Source of the DNA: Chlamydiales bacterium
GTDB lineage: Bacteria; Chlamydiota; Chlamydiia; Chlamydiales; JAAZZY01
Direction of reading: 5' to 3'
Assembly: GCA_965206695.1 (NCBI GenBank)
Contig: CBDBKM010000007.1
Location: 33,239 to 97,238, forward strand
Length of the DNA: 64,000 bases
The notes beneath the pieces were generated by a model that did no database searches, had not been told where the DNA came from, and was given only the letters and a program-made list of their open reading frames with translations. Below, in pieces: positions 1 through 9,055 of this stretch. Position numbers and translations under genes: made by a program. Position 1 is the stretch's first letter; every line of letters begins with the position of its first letter.

Positions 1-256
1 CACTTTCTACTTTAATAGCATCGGGTGCGATAGAAATGACCCTGCCTAATTGTAAAGTTTTTTTTTGAATCTTTATTTCATCTTGCTGTTTCCTTTTCAG
101 TAGGATTTGTTTTTGATCTGTTTTTTTAAAACGAGAACGATCGGTAGAAGAGGCAATTTTTTTATTTTGCTTATCTTCTTTACGCTTATTTTTGATGTAA
201 TATGATTCTTCATCAGCTGTATCGATCGAATCTTTATGATTTATCTTATTTTTCAT
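1..256 (-). CDS. rsgA: Ribosome small subunit-dependent GTPase A, N-terminal part (runs off the window)
   Basis: Manual translation from ATG at 256 gives MKNKINHKD...KKIASSTDRSRFKKTDQKQ...LQLGRVISIAPDAIKVES, open to the edge. It resembles the chlamydial RsgA N-extension plus the start of the OB fold. It overlaps the stop of the upstream TrmH gene. GTPase motifs lie outside the window. Confidence 0.6.
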   Translation of the reverse strand, partial: MKNKINHKDSIDTADEESYYIKNKRKEDKQNKKIASSTDRSRFKKTDQKQILLKRKQQDEIKIQKKTLQLGRVISIAPDAIKVES

Positions 257-998
257 GATTCTTCAGTTCATGCATCAAAATACTTCCGGCAACACCCACA
301 TTAAGGGACTCCATATTATTCTTCATAGGGATACTTACTGCTGTACTTATTTTGATAGCTTGATCAGAGGCCCCTTTAGCTTCATTACCTACGACTAGCA
401 AAATAGATTTTTTTAGAGGTATGGAATTAATACCGGCTCCTTTAACATCAGCTAGAATCGGTTGTAGTTGATTTAATTCAATGAGATTCATGAGTTCCTC
501 CCAAGATCCTTTTCTAATAGGAAGCTGAAAAGTGGCTCCTTTGGCCGCTCTTAGAGCCTTGTCATTAAAAGGATCAACAGAGTCATTTAAGATAAAGGCT
601 CCATCCCATCCAAGGGCTAAAGCAGAACGTAATAACGTTCCCATATTTCCGGGATCGGAGACATTGTCAAAAGCAATAATTTTATTTAAACCGAATAGAG
701 ATTGATTAACGGGCCTAAATACTTCGGCTAAGATCTTTGGAGGGGAGACAGTTGCTGAGATCTTTTTCATCACATCAGGTGTAACGTAACAGGATTGTTC
801 CGGAGATAAACAAGCCGGTATTTCAGTATTTTCTAATACTAAGAGTGTCTTGATTCTAAGCACTGAAGATAACTCATCGAAAATATGAGGACCTTCAACG
901 ATCACAGTATTACATAGCTTACGGTAATCGCTCTTGTCACGAACTTTGACAAGATGTTTCACTAAATCATTGGTTAAACGGGATACTAAAATAGTCAT
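246..998 (-). CDS. TrmH/SpoU family RNA 2'-O-methyltransferase
   Basis: SPOUT motifs DNVSDPGNMGTLLRSA, VGNEAKG and IPM...ESLNVGVAGSI. Confidence 0.92.
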   Translation of the reverse strand: MTILVSRLTNDLVKHLVKVRDKSDYRKLCNTVIVEGPHIFDELSSVLRIKTLLVLENTEIPACLSPEQSCYVTPDVMKKISATVSPPKILAEVFRPVNQSLFGLNKIIAFDNVSDPGNMGTLLRSALALGWDGAFILNDSVDPFNDKALRAAKGATFQLPIRKGSWEELMNLIELNQLQPILADVKGAGINSIPLKKSILLVVGNEAKGASDQAIKISTAVSIPMKNNMESLNVGVAGSILMHELKNHEK

Positions 999-1269
999 AC
1001 GCTTTTGATAATAAATTATATAAAAAGGAGTATATCATACCTTGATTAAAAGAGAATACTTCAATTTCTATTTAAATAAGATGTTAATATCTTAAATATT
1101 ACGGATCTATAAATTTTTATTTTAAATCAAGAAATCCATTAAATTGTTGATTATAAGTTGTTTGAGCGGTTTGTAAATCAAAATTATCACTGTTCACTAC
1201 ATAATGAACAATATGCCGGAGCGAACAGTATGAATGGCCAATTCCCGATGGGTTCAAATTAATACACGT

Positions 1270-1419
1270 TAGAAAGAAATATCTATGCTGATAAATCATC
1301 TATTACTCTTGATTGGATTTTGAGAGAAGGGATTAGCAAAGAACAATATTCATTAAGAGAAATAGCAGCATTTCGAAATGTAAGTGTGGGTTTACTCCGG
1401 AAGGTTTTTAGTGCATTAG
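1270..1419 (+). pseudogene. Truncated winged-HTH protein remnant (possibly an AbiEi-type antitoxin N-terminus)
   Basis: Reads IYADKSSITLDWILREGISKEQYSLREIAAFRNVSVGLLRKVFSALV (HTH-like) and is cut exactly at the IS end at 1420. Confidence 0.3.
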
Positions 1420-2486
1420 TAGACTTGTTGCGATTTAAATTTTTAGTGGTTTCTGATAAGTTTTTCAGAGCAATATCGAAGCGAGCAGATGATTATAGTC
1501 ATTTAATTTTATATTGATAAGATTGCTTGATCAATGGCGAATTTAAAATTCGTAACTTTTCGTAATATCTCTCTAACTTTATTTTTCATATTAGCCCAAT
1601 ATTTTTCTATAGGATTTAAGTCCGGAGAATATGGAGGAAGAAACATAAGCTTACAACCGGCAGATTCTACTGTTTTCCTGCTTTCCGCTGATTTGTGAAA
1701 ACCGGCATTGTCAAGAATAAGAACACTACCGGGTGTAAGCTGAGGAGTCAAAACTTCCTTAAGCCAAATATTGAATAACCCGGTATTACAAGTACCTTCA
1801 AAACACATTGGAGATAAAAACTGCCCTTTAGATAGGGCTGAAATAATATTTTGCCTTATAAAGCGGTTTCCTGAAACCGCTCCAAAAACTTTTTTGCCGC
1901 GTAAGCTTCTTCCGGACTCACGAAATAAAAATTGATGAATCCCGGTTTCATCGAGATAAATTCTCTTGTCAAAGGGAATATTTTTTAAATCTTTCATAAA
2001 AGCTTCCCGTTTCTTTTCATCTCTTTCCTTATAGCGAGTAGTTTTTTTTTTCGTGTAATTTTTAATCTTTTAAGGGCATAAAAAATCGTTTGCGGAGTGA
2101 CTGAAAAATAATCAGCAATTTCCGATAAAAAATAATCCGGATGTTTTTCTACATATTTAGATAACAACTCATTATCTAATTTCTTATAAGCATATTTTCT
2201 GCGGATTGGCTTTAAATGTCCTTTTTGCTTTTTTTGCAAGATCCATCGATATATTGTTGCGATACCTACTTGAAAAATATGGCCGGCTGTTTTTTTATCA
2301 TGATGTTTTTCTATATGTTGTAATACTTTCTCTCGAAGATCTACTGAATAGGCTCTAGGCATTGTTTTGTCCTTACTGTTTGTATAAAAAAAGAAGGATA
2401 ACATATTATCAAATAAAAATTAAAATACTATAAAGGACTTTTAAAACGAGTGAAACTGATACAACTTTTATTACGCAACAAGTCTA
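1420..2486. mobile_element. Internally deleted (MITE-like) IS with 13-bp terminal inverted repeats, interrupted by an IS630 copy
   Basis: TAGACTTGTTGCG (1420-1432) / CGCAACAAGTCTA (2474-2486). The same end type recurs at 26292 and 40841; the latter adjoins a DDE_Tnp_4-like transposase fragment. Confidence 0.7.
1496..2430 (-). mobile_element. IS630 family element (ISY100-like), copy 1; orfA 1994-2404 + orfB 1509-1997 joined by a -1 frameshift
   Basis: 935 bp, TAGT...ACTA ends, TA duplication (1494-1495, 2431-2432), DDE motifs YLDETG/ILDNA/LPPYSPDLNPIE, A10 slippery run. Confidence 0.97.
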
Positions 2487-2489
2487 TTG

Positions 2490-2720
2490 TTTAGAAGTGC
2501 TTAAACTGATTCAGAATCAAGGTGTTAATTCCCAAGTAGTCGTTATGGATGCATGGTATTCCGGTTTTAAAAATTTAAAGTCTATCAAAGATATGGGGGT
2601 TAAATTGTGTCACCGGTTTGCGTAAAAATAGAAAAGTTAATCGCAATGTAAGTTCGGAAGATTTGGATATTCCGTATGAACAACTAAGCATTCACTTACG
2701 CGGTTATGGGTATGTGTTAA
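2490..2720 (+). pseudogene. IS701-family transposase fragment
   Basis: Translates VVVMDAWYSGFKNLKSIKDMG(frameshift)...GLRKNRKVNRN...LDIP...IHLRGYG, typical of IS701/DDE_5 transposases. Confidence 0.7.
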
Positions 2721-2812
2721 CACTTACCCGCGAAATCTCCGGTAAAGTCTGATTACTAGAGATCGTACTCATCGAAGGAACAGTTGTATTATTAATTAAA
2801 AGTGTAATAAGC

Positions 2813-2892
2813 ATATAAAGTTTTCAAAGGTGTGTGAATGAGGATTAGCTTTATATAAAGTTTTCAAAGGTGTGTGAATGAGGATTAGCTTT
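2813..2892. repeat. Exact 40-bp tandem duplication spanning the cca stop codon
   Basis: ATATAAAGTTTTCAAAGGTGTGTGAATGAGGATTAGCTTT at 2813-2852 and 2853-2892. Confidence 0.95.
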
Positions 2893-4117
2893 TTGGCCAC
2901 ATTTTGGATTGCTTAAGAAGTTTAAGTACCTCATCTGAAGAATTAAGATTTTTTTCGATCGAGAGGTTTTCCGCTTCTTTCAGAAGAAGGCCTATTTCTT
3001 TACCGGGCTTAATACCATTGGCAGTTAAATCCGATGACGAGACTAAAGGAGTCTGATTTTTTATTCTCTCAATAGGAAATTTAAGCCTTTCTTGTCTTTT
3101 GTAATGGCTCTCTAAAAATTTTTTTTGCTTTGAAGGATCTAATCGAGCTTTAATGAAATTAAGGCATAACAGATTGGAGGGATGGGCATATAGATGGGCC
3201 CACGTAGTTAGTGAGGTTTTTTTAGCTGTTTGGCAATGACGACGAAGGGTATGACTGTATACTGCTAATTTTCGATCGTCATTATTTGTCTTCAGATAGA
3301 GACATAGAGGTTCAACCTCTTTGTCTTCAATCTTATGAAGAATTTCTAAGATATATAAAATAGCAGGACATTTGCTTGGAAAAAATTGAAAAGCAGATAC
3401 TCTTTTCTTTATTTCTTTATCTGAGATTTTTTTTAAAGAATCAAAAATTTCAGGAAGGAGCTTTAAATGCTGTAAAGCAATAAAGGCTTTATCGCTATTT
3501 GGATAGGTGATAATTTTATTAAATTCTTGCCATATCCTTTCCATACTCACTGCCGGTAATAGCTTAGAAGCTGTTGCTTTGATAGCCTCCTTTGTCTTTT
3601 CTTCTATTTCAAAATTAAAACGAGCAGAAAAGCGAACTGCCCGTATCATTCTAAGTCGGTCTTCTTCAAAACGCTCATAAGGGTTTCCAATGGCACGAAT
3701 GACCTTTTGTTTGATGTCTTTTTCTCCATTGATAAAATCAAAAATTTCTTTTTCTATAGGGTTATAAAATAAACCGTTAATCGTAAAATCGCGTCTCATA
3801 GCATCTTCTTCTGCAGTGGTATAGTGAATGCTATCGGGTTTTCTACCGTCAGAGTAAGTGACATCTTTTCGAAAGGTAGTCACCTCGAAGGAATGATTAT
3901 CTAAAATTATAATTGTTACACCAAATTGTTTTCCTACTTCAATAGTCCTATCAAATAGTTGTATGACGGTTTCAGGGGTGGCACTAGTAGCAATATCAAT
4001 ATCATCGGAGGGGATTCCTATTAGAAAATCTCTTACCCAGCCACCGGCGAAATAGGCAGTATAACCTTTATCTCGTAATATTTTACAAATGGAAGTTGCT
4101 AGATATTCACTATTCAT
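2885..4117 (-). CDS. cca: CCA-adding tRNA nucleotidyltransferase / poly(A) polymerase family
   Basis: AGGWVRD, DIDIAT, RRDFTING and EDRLRMIRAVRF motifs. The likely start is ATG 4117, since the longer ORF to 4201 overlaps the upstream gene. Confidence 0.9.
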   Translation of the reverse strand: MNSEYLATSICKILRDKGYTAYFAGGWVRDFLIGIPSDDIDIATSATPETVIQLFDRTIEVGKQFGVTIIILDNHSFEVTTFRKDVTYSDGRKPDSIHYTTAEEDAMRRDFTINGLFYNPIEKEIFDFINGEKDIKQKVIRAIGNPYERFEEDRLRMIRAVRFSARFNFEIEEKTKEAIKATASKLLPAVSMERIWQEFNKIITYPNSDKAFIALQHLKLLPEIFDSLKKISDKEIKKRVSAFQFFPSKCPAILYILEILHKIEDKEVEPLCLYLKTNNDDRKLAVYSHTLRRHCQTAKKTSLTTWAHLYAHPSNLLCLNFIKARLDPSKQKKFLESHYKRQERLKFPIERIKNQTPLVSSSDLTANGIKPGKEIGLLLKEAENLSIEKNLNSSDEVLKLLKQSKMWPKS

Positions 4118-4118
4118 T

Positions 4119-5093
4119 TCAGACGGAGAGGTAGAGTTTTTTTTTAAATTTGATACAAAATATTTGGCATTTTTCAAAAGAGGTTGTGTAATCTTCTCCA
4201 TCTACTTGAATAGGTATGGTCGTATCGAATTTTAATTCCAGCGGAGGAGAGTAAGTATAACTTTTGAGTTTGAAATTTGCCCAAATAAATCGATTGAGAA
4301 TTAACTTAGCAAAATCCTTTTTTGTAGAGTTATAAGAAAATTCCAGTTTTCCATCATTAATGGAGGAGTCAACTTTAAAAGGGCTCCCTCCGGCATAAGA
4401 GTTTATATTATGGATGATAATGCTCGTAAAGCTCTTTTGTTTATCCGGAGTTAAAAGGGCAGGGCTTGCTTTTTGAATAGTTGGTTGAATATGGATTTTT
4501 TTTTTATAAAAGACAAAAGAGCATAGCCCAATTAGAAAAAATAATAACTTTTTTAGGTAACCTAAATGAAAGATAGAATATTTAAAAAGGGGAGTTTTTT
4601 TTATTTTTTTACAGAGAGCTTCATATAATCGAAGAATAAAAGCATCGAATCCAAAGGTGACATAATTGATAAAAAAGATCTTGTCATTAACAGAAAAAAG
4701 ATCGACTTCGATAATTTGAGGGTGATCAAAAAGCCTCCGCAATAAAAGGACAATATTTTTTTCATTCCCACCTAAATTTTTATAAAAATCATTCCCGGTA
4801 CCGAGGGGAAAGATACTCAACATTTTGTTGTAATTAGATTTTCCCAGATAATTAATAAAATGATGGATGGTTCCATCGCCTCCACAAATTAAAATGCCAT
4901 CTGAACTTTCGATAATCGTTTTCAAATGTTCCGGATCTTCCGAGGATGAATATTCTAAATAACGAATGCGTTTTTTGAATTCGGGCTCATTATCCACAAA
5001 TTTCTGAATCTGTTTATAAATTTTTTTCCCTTTCCCTTGTCCGGAATCAGGATTAATCAGAATCGATAGCGATAATAGGTTTTGCATGTACAA
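4119..5093 (-). CDS. Diacylglycerol kinase family lipid kinase
   Basis: INPDSG, GGDGT, PLGTGND, NYVTFGFDA, NINSYAGG, NDGKLE and IQVDGE motifs. Confidence 0.9.
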   Translation of the reverse strand: MYMQNLLSLSILINPDSGQGKGKKIYKQIQKFVDNEPEFKKRIRYLEYSSSEDPEHLKTIIESSDGILICGGDGTIHHFINYLGKSNYNKMLSIFPLGTGNDFYKNLGGNEKNIVLLLRRLFDHPQIIEVDLFSVNDKIFFINYVTFGFDAFILRLYEALCKKIKKTPLFKYSIFHLGYLKKLLFFLIGLCSFVFYKKKIHIQPTIQKASPALLTPDKQKSFTSIIIHNINSYAGGSPFKVDSSINDGKLEFSYNSTKKDFAKLILNRFIWANFKLKSYTYSPPLELKFDTTIPIQVDGEDYTTSFEKCQIFCIKFKKKLYLSV

Positions 5094-5234
5094 GCTTAAC
5101 TTTTCTGATACAATCTAACATTACAAAAATTGTATCATCTTTTCCTTTTATTGTCGAAGATTTTCGAATGACTTGTAGGGAATCGATTTTTGAGTTAAAG
5201 TGGACATTAGAAAATAGAAAAATGAGTTTTTCAA

Positions 5235-7109
5235 ATGTCTTCAAAAATTCGAATTCTTTGTGATAAAACAATTAATCAGATCGCAGCCGGGGAAGTAATC
5301 GAAAACCCTTCTTCTGTAATTAAAGAGTTGGTAGAGAATTCCTTAGATGCAAAAGCTGCCCAAATTGATATTGCCATTACGAGTGGAGGTAGGAAGTTAA
5401 TTCGCATAAGTGATAATGGCAAAGGCATGAACTATGATGATGCTCTGTTATGTTTTGAAAGACATGCCACATCAAAGTTTGAAAAGTTAGACGATATGAG
5501 AGATTTGATGACAATGGGGTTTCGAGGAGAAGCGCTACCTTCTATTGCTTCTGTTGCTAAAATGACATTGTTAACAAATTACAATCAAACAAGTGATGCA
5601 ACAGAAGTATCAATATCCGGAGGTCGATTATTACATAGTAGTGTGGCTTCCAGAAGACAAGGGACTACGGTTGAAGTAAGAGATTTATTTTTTAATGTAC
5701 CTGTAAGACGAGAATTTCAGAAATCGGTTTCTTATGATATTCATGAAACGCATAAATTGGTGACTTCTTTAGCTTTAGCTAATCCGGATGTTAAATTCAG
5801 TTTGTTAAGTGATAATAAATTAATGATGTCTACATCTCCCCGGATCCAATGTTCATGGCATAATAATTTAAAATTTCATATTCAAAAAATTTTTGGAAAT
5901 CATTTTGTTTCATTATTATGCTCGGTTAATTTTAAAGAGGATGATATCGTTATTAAAGGCTTTATTGGCTTGCCAACTGCTCATCGATATAACCGCTCTC
6001 ATCAATATCTCTTTCTCAATCATCGTTATGTTTCTTCTGCTGTGATTTCTTTTGCTGTCTCGGATGGTTATGGCACCAGATTAGCTAACCGGCGTTTTCC
6101 TATATATATTCTGCATGTAGAAATTCCTCCTCATACCGTAGATGTTAATGTGCACCCTCAGAAAAAGGAAATTCGCTTAAAGGAAGAAATACGTGTAAAA
6201 AGGATTATTGGCAAAGCTATAGATCTAGCTTTGCAAGGACTTTCTTCAATAGATCCTTTGGATACGGTTTCGGTGGCTGTAGATTCTAATCTTTCGAGCT
6301 CTTTACCTTTTAAAAAAGAGGAGCCCTGGTCAGATGATAGATATCTGAGAGCGCCTCCGGTAAAGCCTAATTTTAAAGAGCCCGGCTATTCAAAACCTAT
6401 AGAACAGATTAAGATTGAAACCAAATCCATGACAACTTATAGGAATAAAAAAACGATTTTTGAAGATGAAAATCTTATGTTGGATTTAGATTCGTGCCCG
6501 AGAATTTTAGGTGTGATTGAAGGTTATCTTTTAATTGATAGCCAAAGTGTTTATCATAAACTTAGGATACCCGGGCAAGAGGATCTTGCTAAAGGTATTT
6601 TATTGGTCGATCAATCAAGGGCTAAAGCAAGGATTCTATTTGAAAAGTTAATCGATGCTTTAGAAAAAGAGGCTAAGAGTTTGGAAGTACAAGCGCTTCT
6701 TTTACCTGTTACATTTGACTTTTCTTCTTTGGATAGTGAATTGATTTTACAATATTTAGAAGAATTTAATCGGATTGGTATTCAAATGCATAAGGTAGAA
6801 GAAAACCAATTTATTGTTGCAGCACTGCCTGCTCTTATCGAAACATCAGATGTTAAAAATCTTATCCTTCGAATATTAGAAGATCTAAAATTATTCGATA
6901 TATCTAAGGGTTTAAGAGAAGAAAAACAAAAAAGATTAGCACTGGCCGCTTGCCAAGCCGCAGCTAGGCAATCAAAGGCGTTATCGAGTATGCATGCTGA
7001 GGCGTTGTTTCAGCAATTAATGAAATGTAAAAGTCCTTATCAATCGCCTACAGGTAAACCCACTATTATTTATTTAAGCACAGATGAAATCACCAAAAAA
7101 TTTAAATAG
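5235..7109 (+). CDS. mutL: DNA mismatch repair protein MutL
   Basis: NQIAAGEVIENP, GFRGEALPSI, DVNVHPQK and C-terminal LLVDQ...PTGKPT motifs. Confidence 0.97.
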   Translation: MSSKIRILCDKTINQIAAGEVIENPSSVIKELVENSLDAKAAQIDIAITSGGRKLIRISDNGKGMNYDDALLCFERHATSKFEKLDDMRDLMTMGFRGEALPSIASVAKMTLLTNYNQTSDATEVSISGGRLLHSSVASRRQGTTVEVRDLFFNVPVRREFQKSVSYDIHETHKLVTSLALANPDVKFSLLSDNKLMMSTSPRIQCSWHNNLKFHIQKIFGNHFVSLLCSVNFKEDDIVIKGFIGLPTAHRYNRSHQYLFLNHRYVSSAVISFAVSDGYGTRLANRRFPIYILHVEIPPHTVDVNVHPQKKEIRLKEEIRVKRIIGKAIDLALQGLSSIDPLDTVSVAVDSNLSSSLPFKKEEPWSDDRYLRAPPVKPNFKEPGYSKPIEQIKIETKSMTTYRNKKTIFEDENLMLDLDSCPRILGVIEGYLLIDSQSVYHKLRIPGQEDLAKGILLVDQSRAKARILFEKLIDALEKEAKSLEVQALLLPVTFDFSSLDSELILQYLEEFNRIGIQMHKVEENQFIVAALPALIETSDVKNLILRILEDLKLFDISKGLREEKQKRLALAACQAAARQSKALSSMHAEALFQQLMKCKSPYQSPTGKPTIIYLSTDEITKKFK

Positions 7110-8148
7110 CCGTATCGATCGTTTGCGGGATTATCTTAGAGAGAAGAACCTGGATGTCTGTCTTATTAATGATTCTCTTAATCTTTTCTACTATACAGGA
7201 TTATCCTTATCAACGGGCTATTTGTGGATAGATCAAAAGGAGATCCGTCTATTTGTTGATCCGCGATATGGAGAGACTTGTGAGCAACAGAAAGAGATTC
7301 CTGTCTTCGTTGTGCGTCAGTTTACCAAAGCTTTAAGGGACTTAGTCAATGCGAGAAAACTCTTTATCCTTTTCGACAGTAGTCTTGTGTCCTATTCAGA
7401 TTATCAAAAATTAAAAGAAACTTTTTCCTCTGATGTGGCATTAATGGCTCACCCTTGTTTTTTACAGTATATGCGTCGTATAAAGGATACTCATGAGATC
7501 GAATTAATGAGGAAGAGCGCTTCTTTAGCTATTAAAGGATATGAGTATGCTAAATCTCTATTAAAAGAGGGTATTACTGAAAAGAATCTGGCGATGGAAA
7601 TAGAGGTCTATCTTAGACAGCAGGGCGCAGATAAAATGGCTTTTGATTCAATCATTAGTTTTGGAGTAAATACTTCTAAGCCTCACTATACTCCACAAGA
7701 GATTCCATTAAAAATGGGTGAAATGGTACTTATTGATTTAGGTGTTAACAAAGATTACTACGCATCTGATTGTACTCGAATGCTATTTTTTGGTGATCCG
7801 AGGCCGGAACTGGCAAAGATTTATGAGATTGTAAAAAGTATCTTATCTGAAATAGAAGCTTTTATAAAACCTTCTGTTCTTATGAAAGAAGTGGATCAAA
7901 AAGTAAGAGACTTACTTCAGGAAGCCGGATATTTAGAGAATTTTATACATACATTAGGTCATGGAGTGGGTCTGGATATTCATGAATTACCGAATTTTAG
8001 AAGCGATCAAGATCTTAAGTTACAGCCCGGAATGGTCTTAGCAATAGAGCCGGGCATTTACCTGCCTTCTATAGGTGGCGTACGTCTAGAAGACATTTTA
8101 GTTGTAACACAGAATGGATGTGAGATATTAACTCACTATCCTCTTTGA
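7084..8148 (+). CDS. pepP: Xaa-Pro aminopeptidase (M24B)
   Basis: Creatinase-like N-domain; YASDCTR, HTLGHGVGLDIHE, IEPGIY and GGVRLED motifs. Confidence 0.9.
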   Translation: MKSPKNLNSRIDRLRDYLREKNLDVCLINDSLNLFYYTGLSLSTGYLWIDQKEIRLFVDPRYGETCEQQKEIPVFVVRQFTKALRDLVNARKLFILFDSSLVSYSDYQKLKETFSSDVALMAHPCFLQYMRRIKDTHEIELMRKSASLAIKGYEYAKSLLKEGITEKNLAMEIEVYLRQQGADKMAFDSIISFGVNTSKPHYTPQEIPLKMGEMVLIDLGVNKDYYASDCTRMLFFGDPRPELAKIYEIVKSILSEIEAFIKPSVLMKEVDQKVRDLLQEAGYLENFIHTLGHGVGLDIHELPNFRSDQDLKLQPGMVLAIEPGIYLPSIGGVRLEDILVVTQNGCEILTHYPL

Positions 8149-8492
8149 GGGGTTGTCACTGTTGTATTTTTAAATAACGGTTGTAATTCTTGGGAGAATT
8201 TAACTTCTGTAGTTAAATCTAAATCTTTCAAGGCATTAGTCAAAGCTGTTATCTCAGTTAGAAGAAGGCTTGCTTGAGCAGCTTTGTGAATAACACGAGT
8301 ATCCCCGCAGCAACCGATTGTAAAGGAAGAAGAGGCAGTTTTATGAACACTCAGCGATCCAAATTGGAAACCGTTATTACTGCTAACTCTTGCAACATAT
8401 AATGCTGCTGCTTTTAGCTCTTCGTGATCCAAAGGTGTCTCACTTAAGCGAAGATCATTTGAATCTGTAATAATTGAGGAAGATATATTCAT
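8136..8492 (-). CDS. Hypothetical protein (118 aa)
   Basis: ORF with an AGGAG RBS upstream and a Ser/Thr-rich N-terminus; no recognised domain. Confidence 0.55.
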   Translation of the reverse strand: MNISSSIITDSNDLRLSETPLDHEELKAAALYVARVSSNNGFQFGSLSVHKTASSSFTIGCCGDTRVIHKAAQASLLLTEITALTNALKDLDLTTEVKFSQELQPLFKNTTVTTPQRG

Positions 8493-8686
8493 TTCCGGAC
8501 TCCTATTATATTAAGTATGTAAAGTACAGTTAGTTTATTATTTTACATTATTTATTATACGGAAAATTTATTATTTATCAAGTAAAGAATTTAATGTTCA
8601 AATAGAAGTGTAACGCTTAATTTACTTTATATTAGCTAGTTAGATTCTATATTAAAAAAGAATTTAGTACGTTTTTTTCTATTAAA

Positions 8687-9055
8687 AGCGTGTTGCGATT
8701 CAGCTAAATTATTCAAGGATAGCTTAATGTGTATCAGCATTTTTTAAATAAGGAGAGTACGATGCGGCAGGTAGAGATGATCAGTTTAGAAGATTTAATT
8801 CCCGAAACGCATAATTACCGTAAATGCGATCAAATTTGGTCTTTTAAATCTGTAGAAAAAAGGCTGAAAACATTGGGAAAAAATAACCCTAATAAAGGAC
8901 ACGGGCTTCTTCGATTATTTAAATGCTTACTTCTTCAGTTCATGGAAAATTTAAGCAACCGAGAGCCGGAGCGCTATATTCAAGAAAATAATGTGGCATA
9001 AGTGGTTTTGTCGCTTTAATTTGAGAGAGAATATTCCTGATCATACCATTTTTTA
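8687..9055 (+). mobile_element. IS5-family transposase 5' remnant (internal stop) abutting truncated copA
   Basis: ORF 8729-9001 is closely similar to the N-terminus of the transposase at 48141-49085; end motif GCGTGTTGCGAT at 8688. Confidence 0.85.

Noticed and set aside
2813..2892. Possible CRISPR array (also 31782-31903)
   Set aside because: Only two directly abutting units, no spacers and no cas genes in the window
4118..4201. N-terminal extension of cca (and 24156-24203 of cdsZ)
   Set aside because: Downstream ATGs fit family N-termini and, for cca, avoid overlap with the upstream gene
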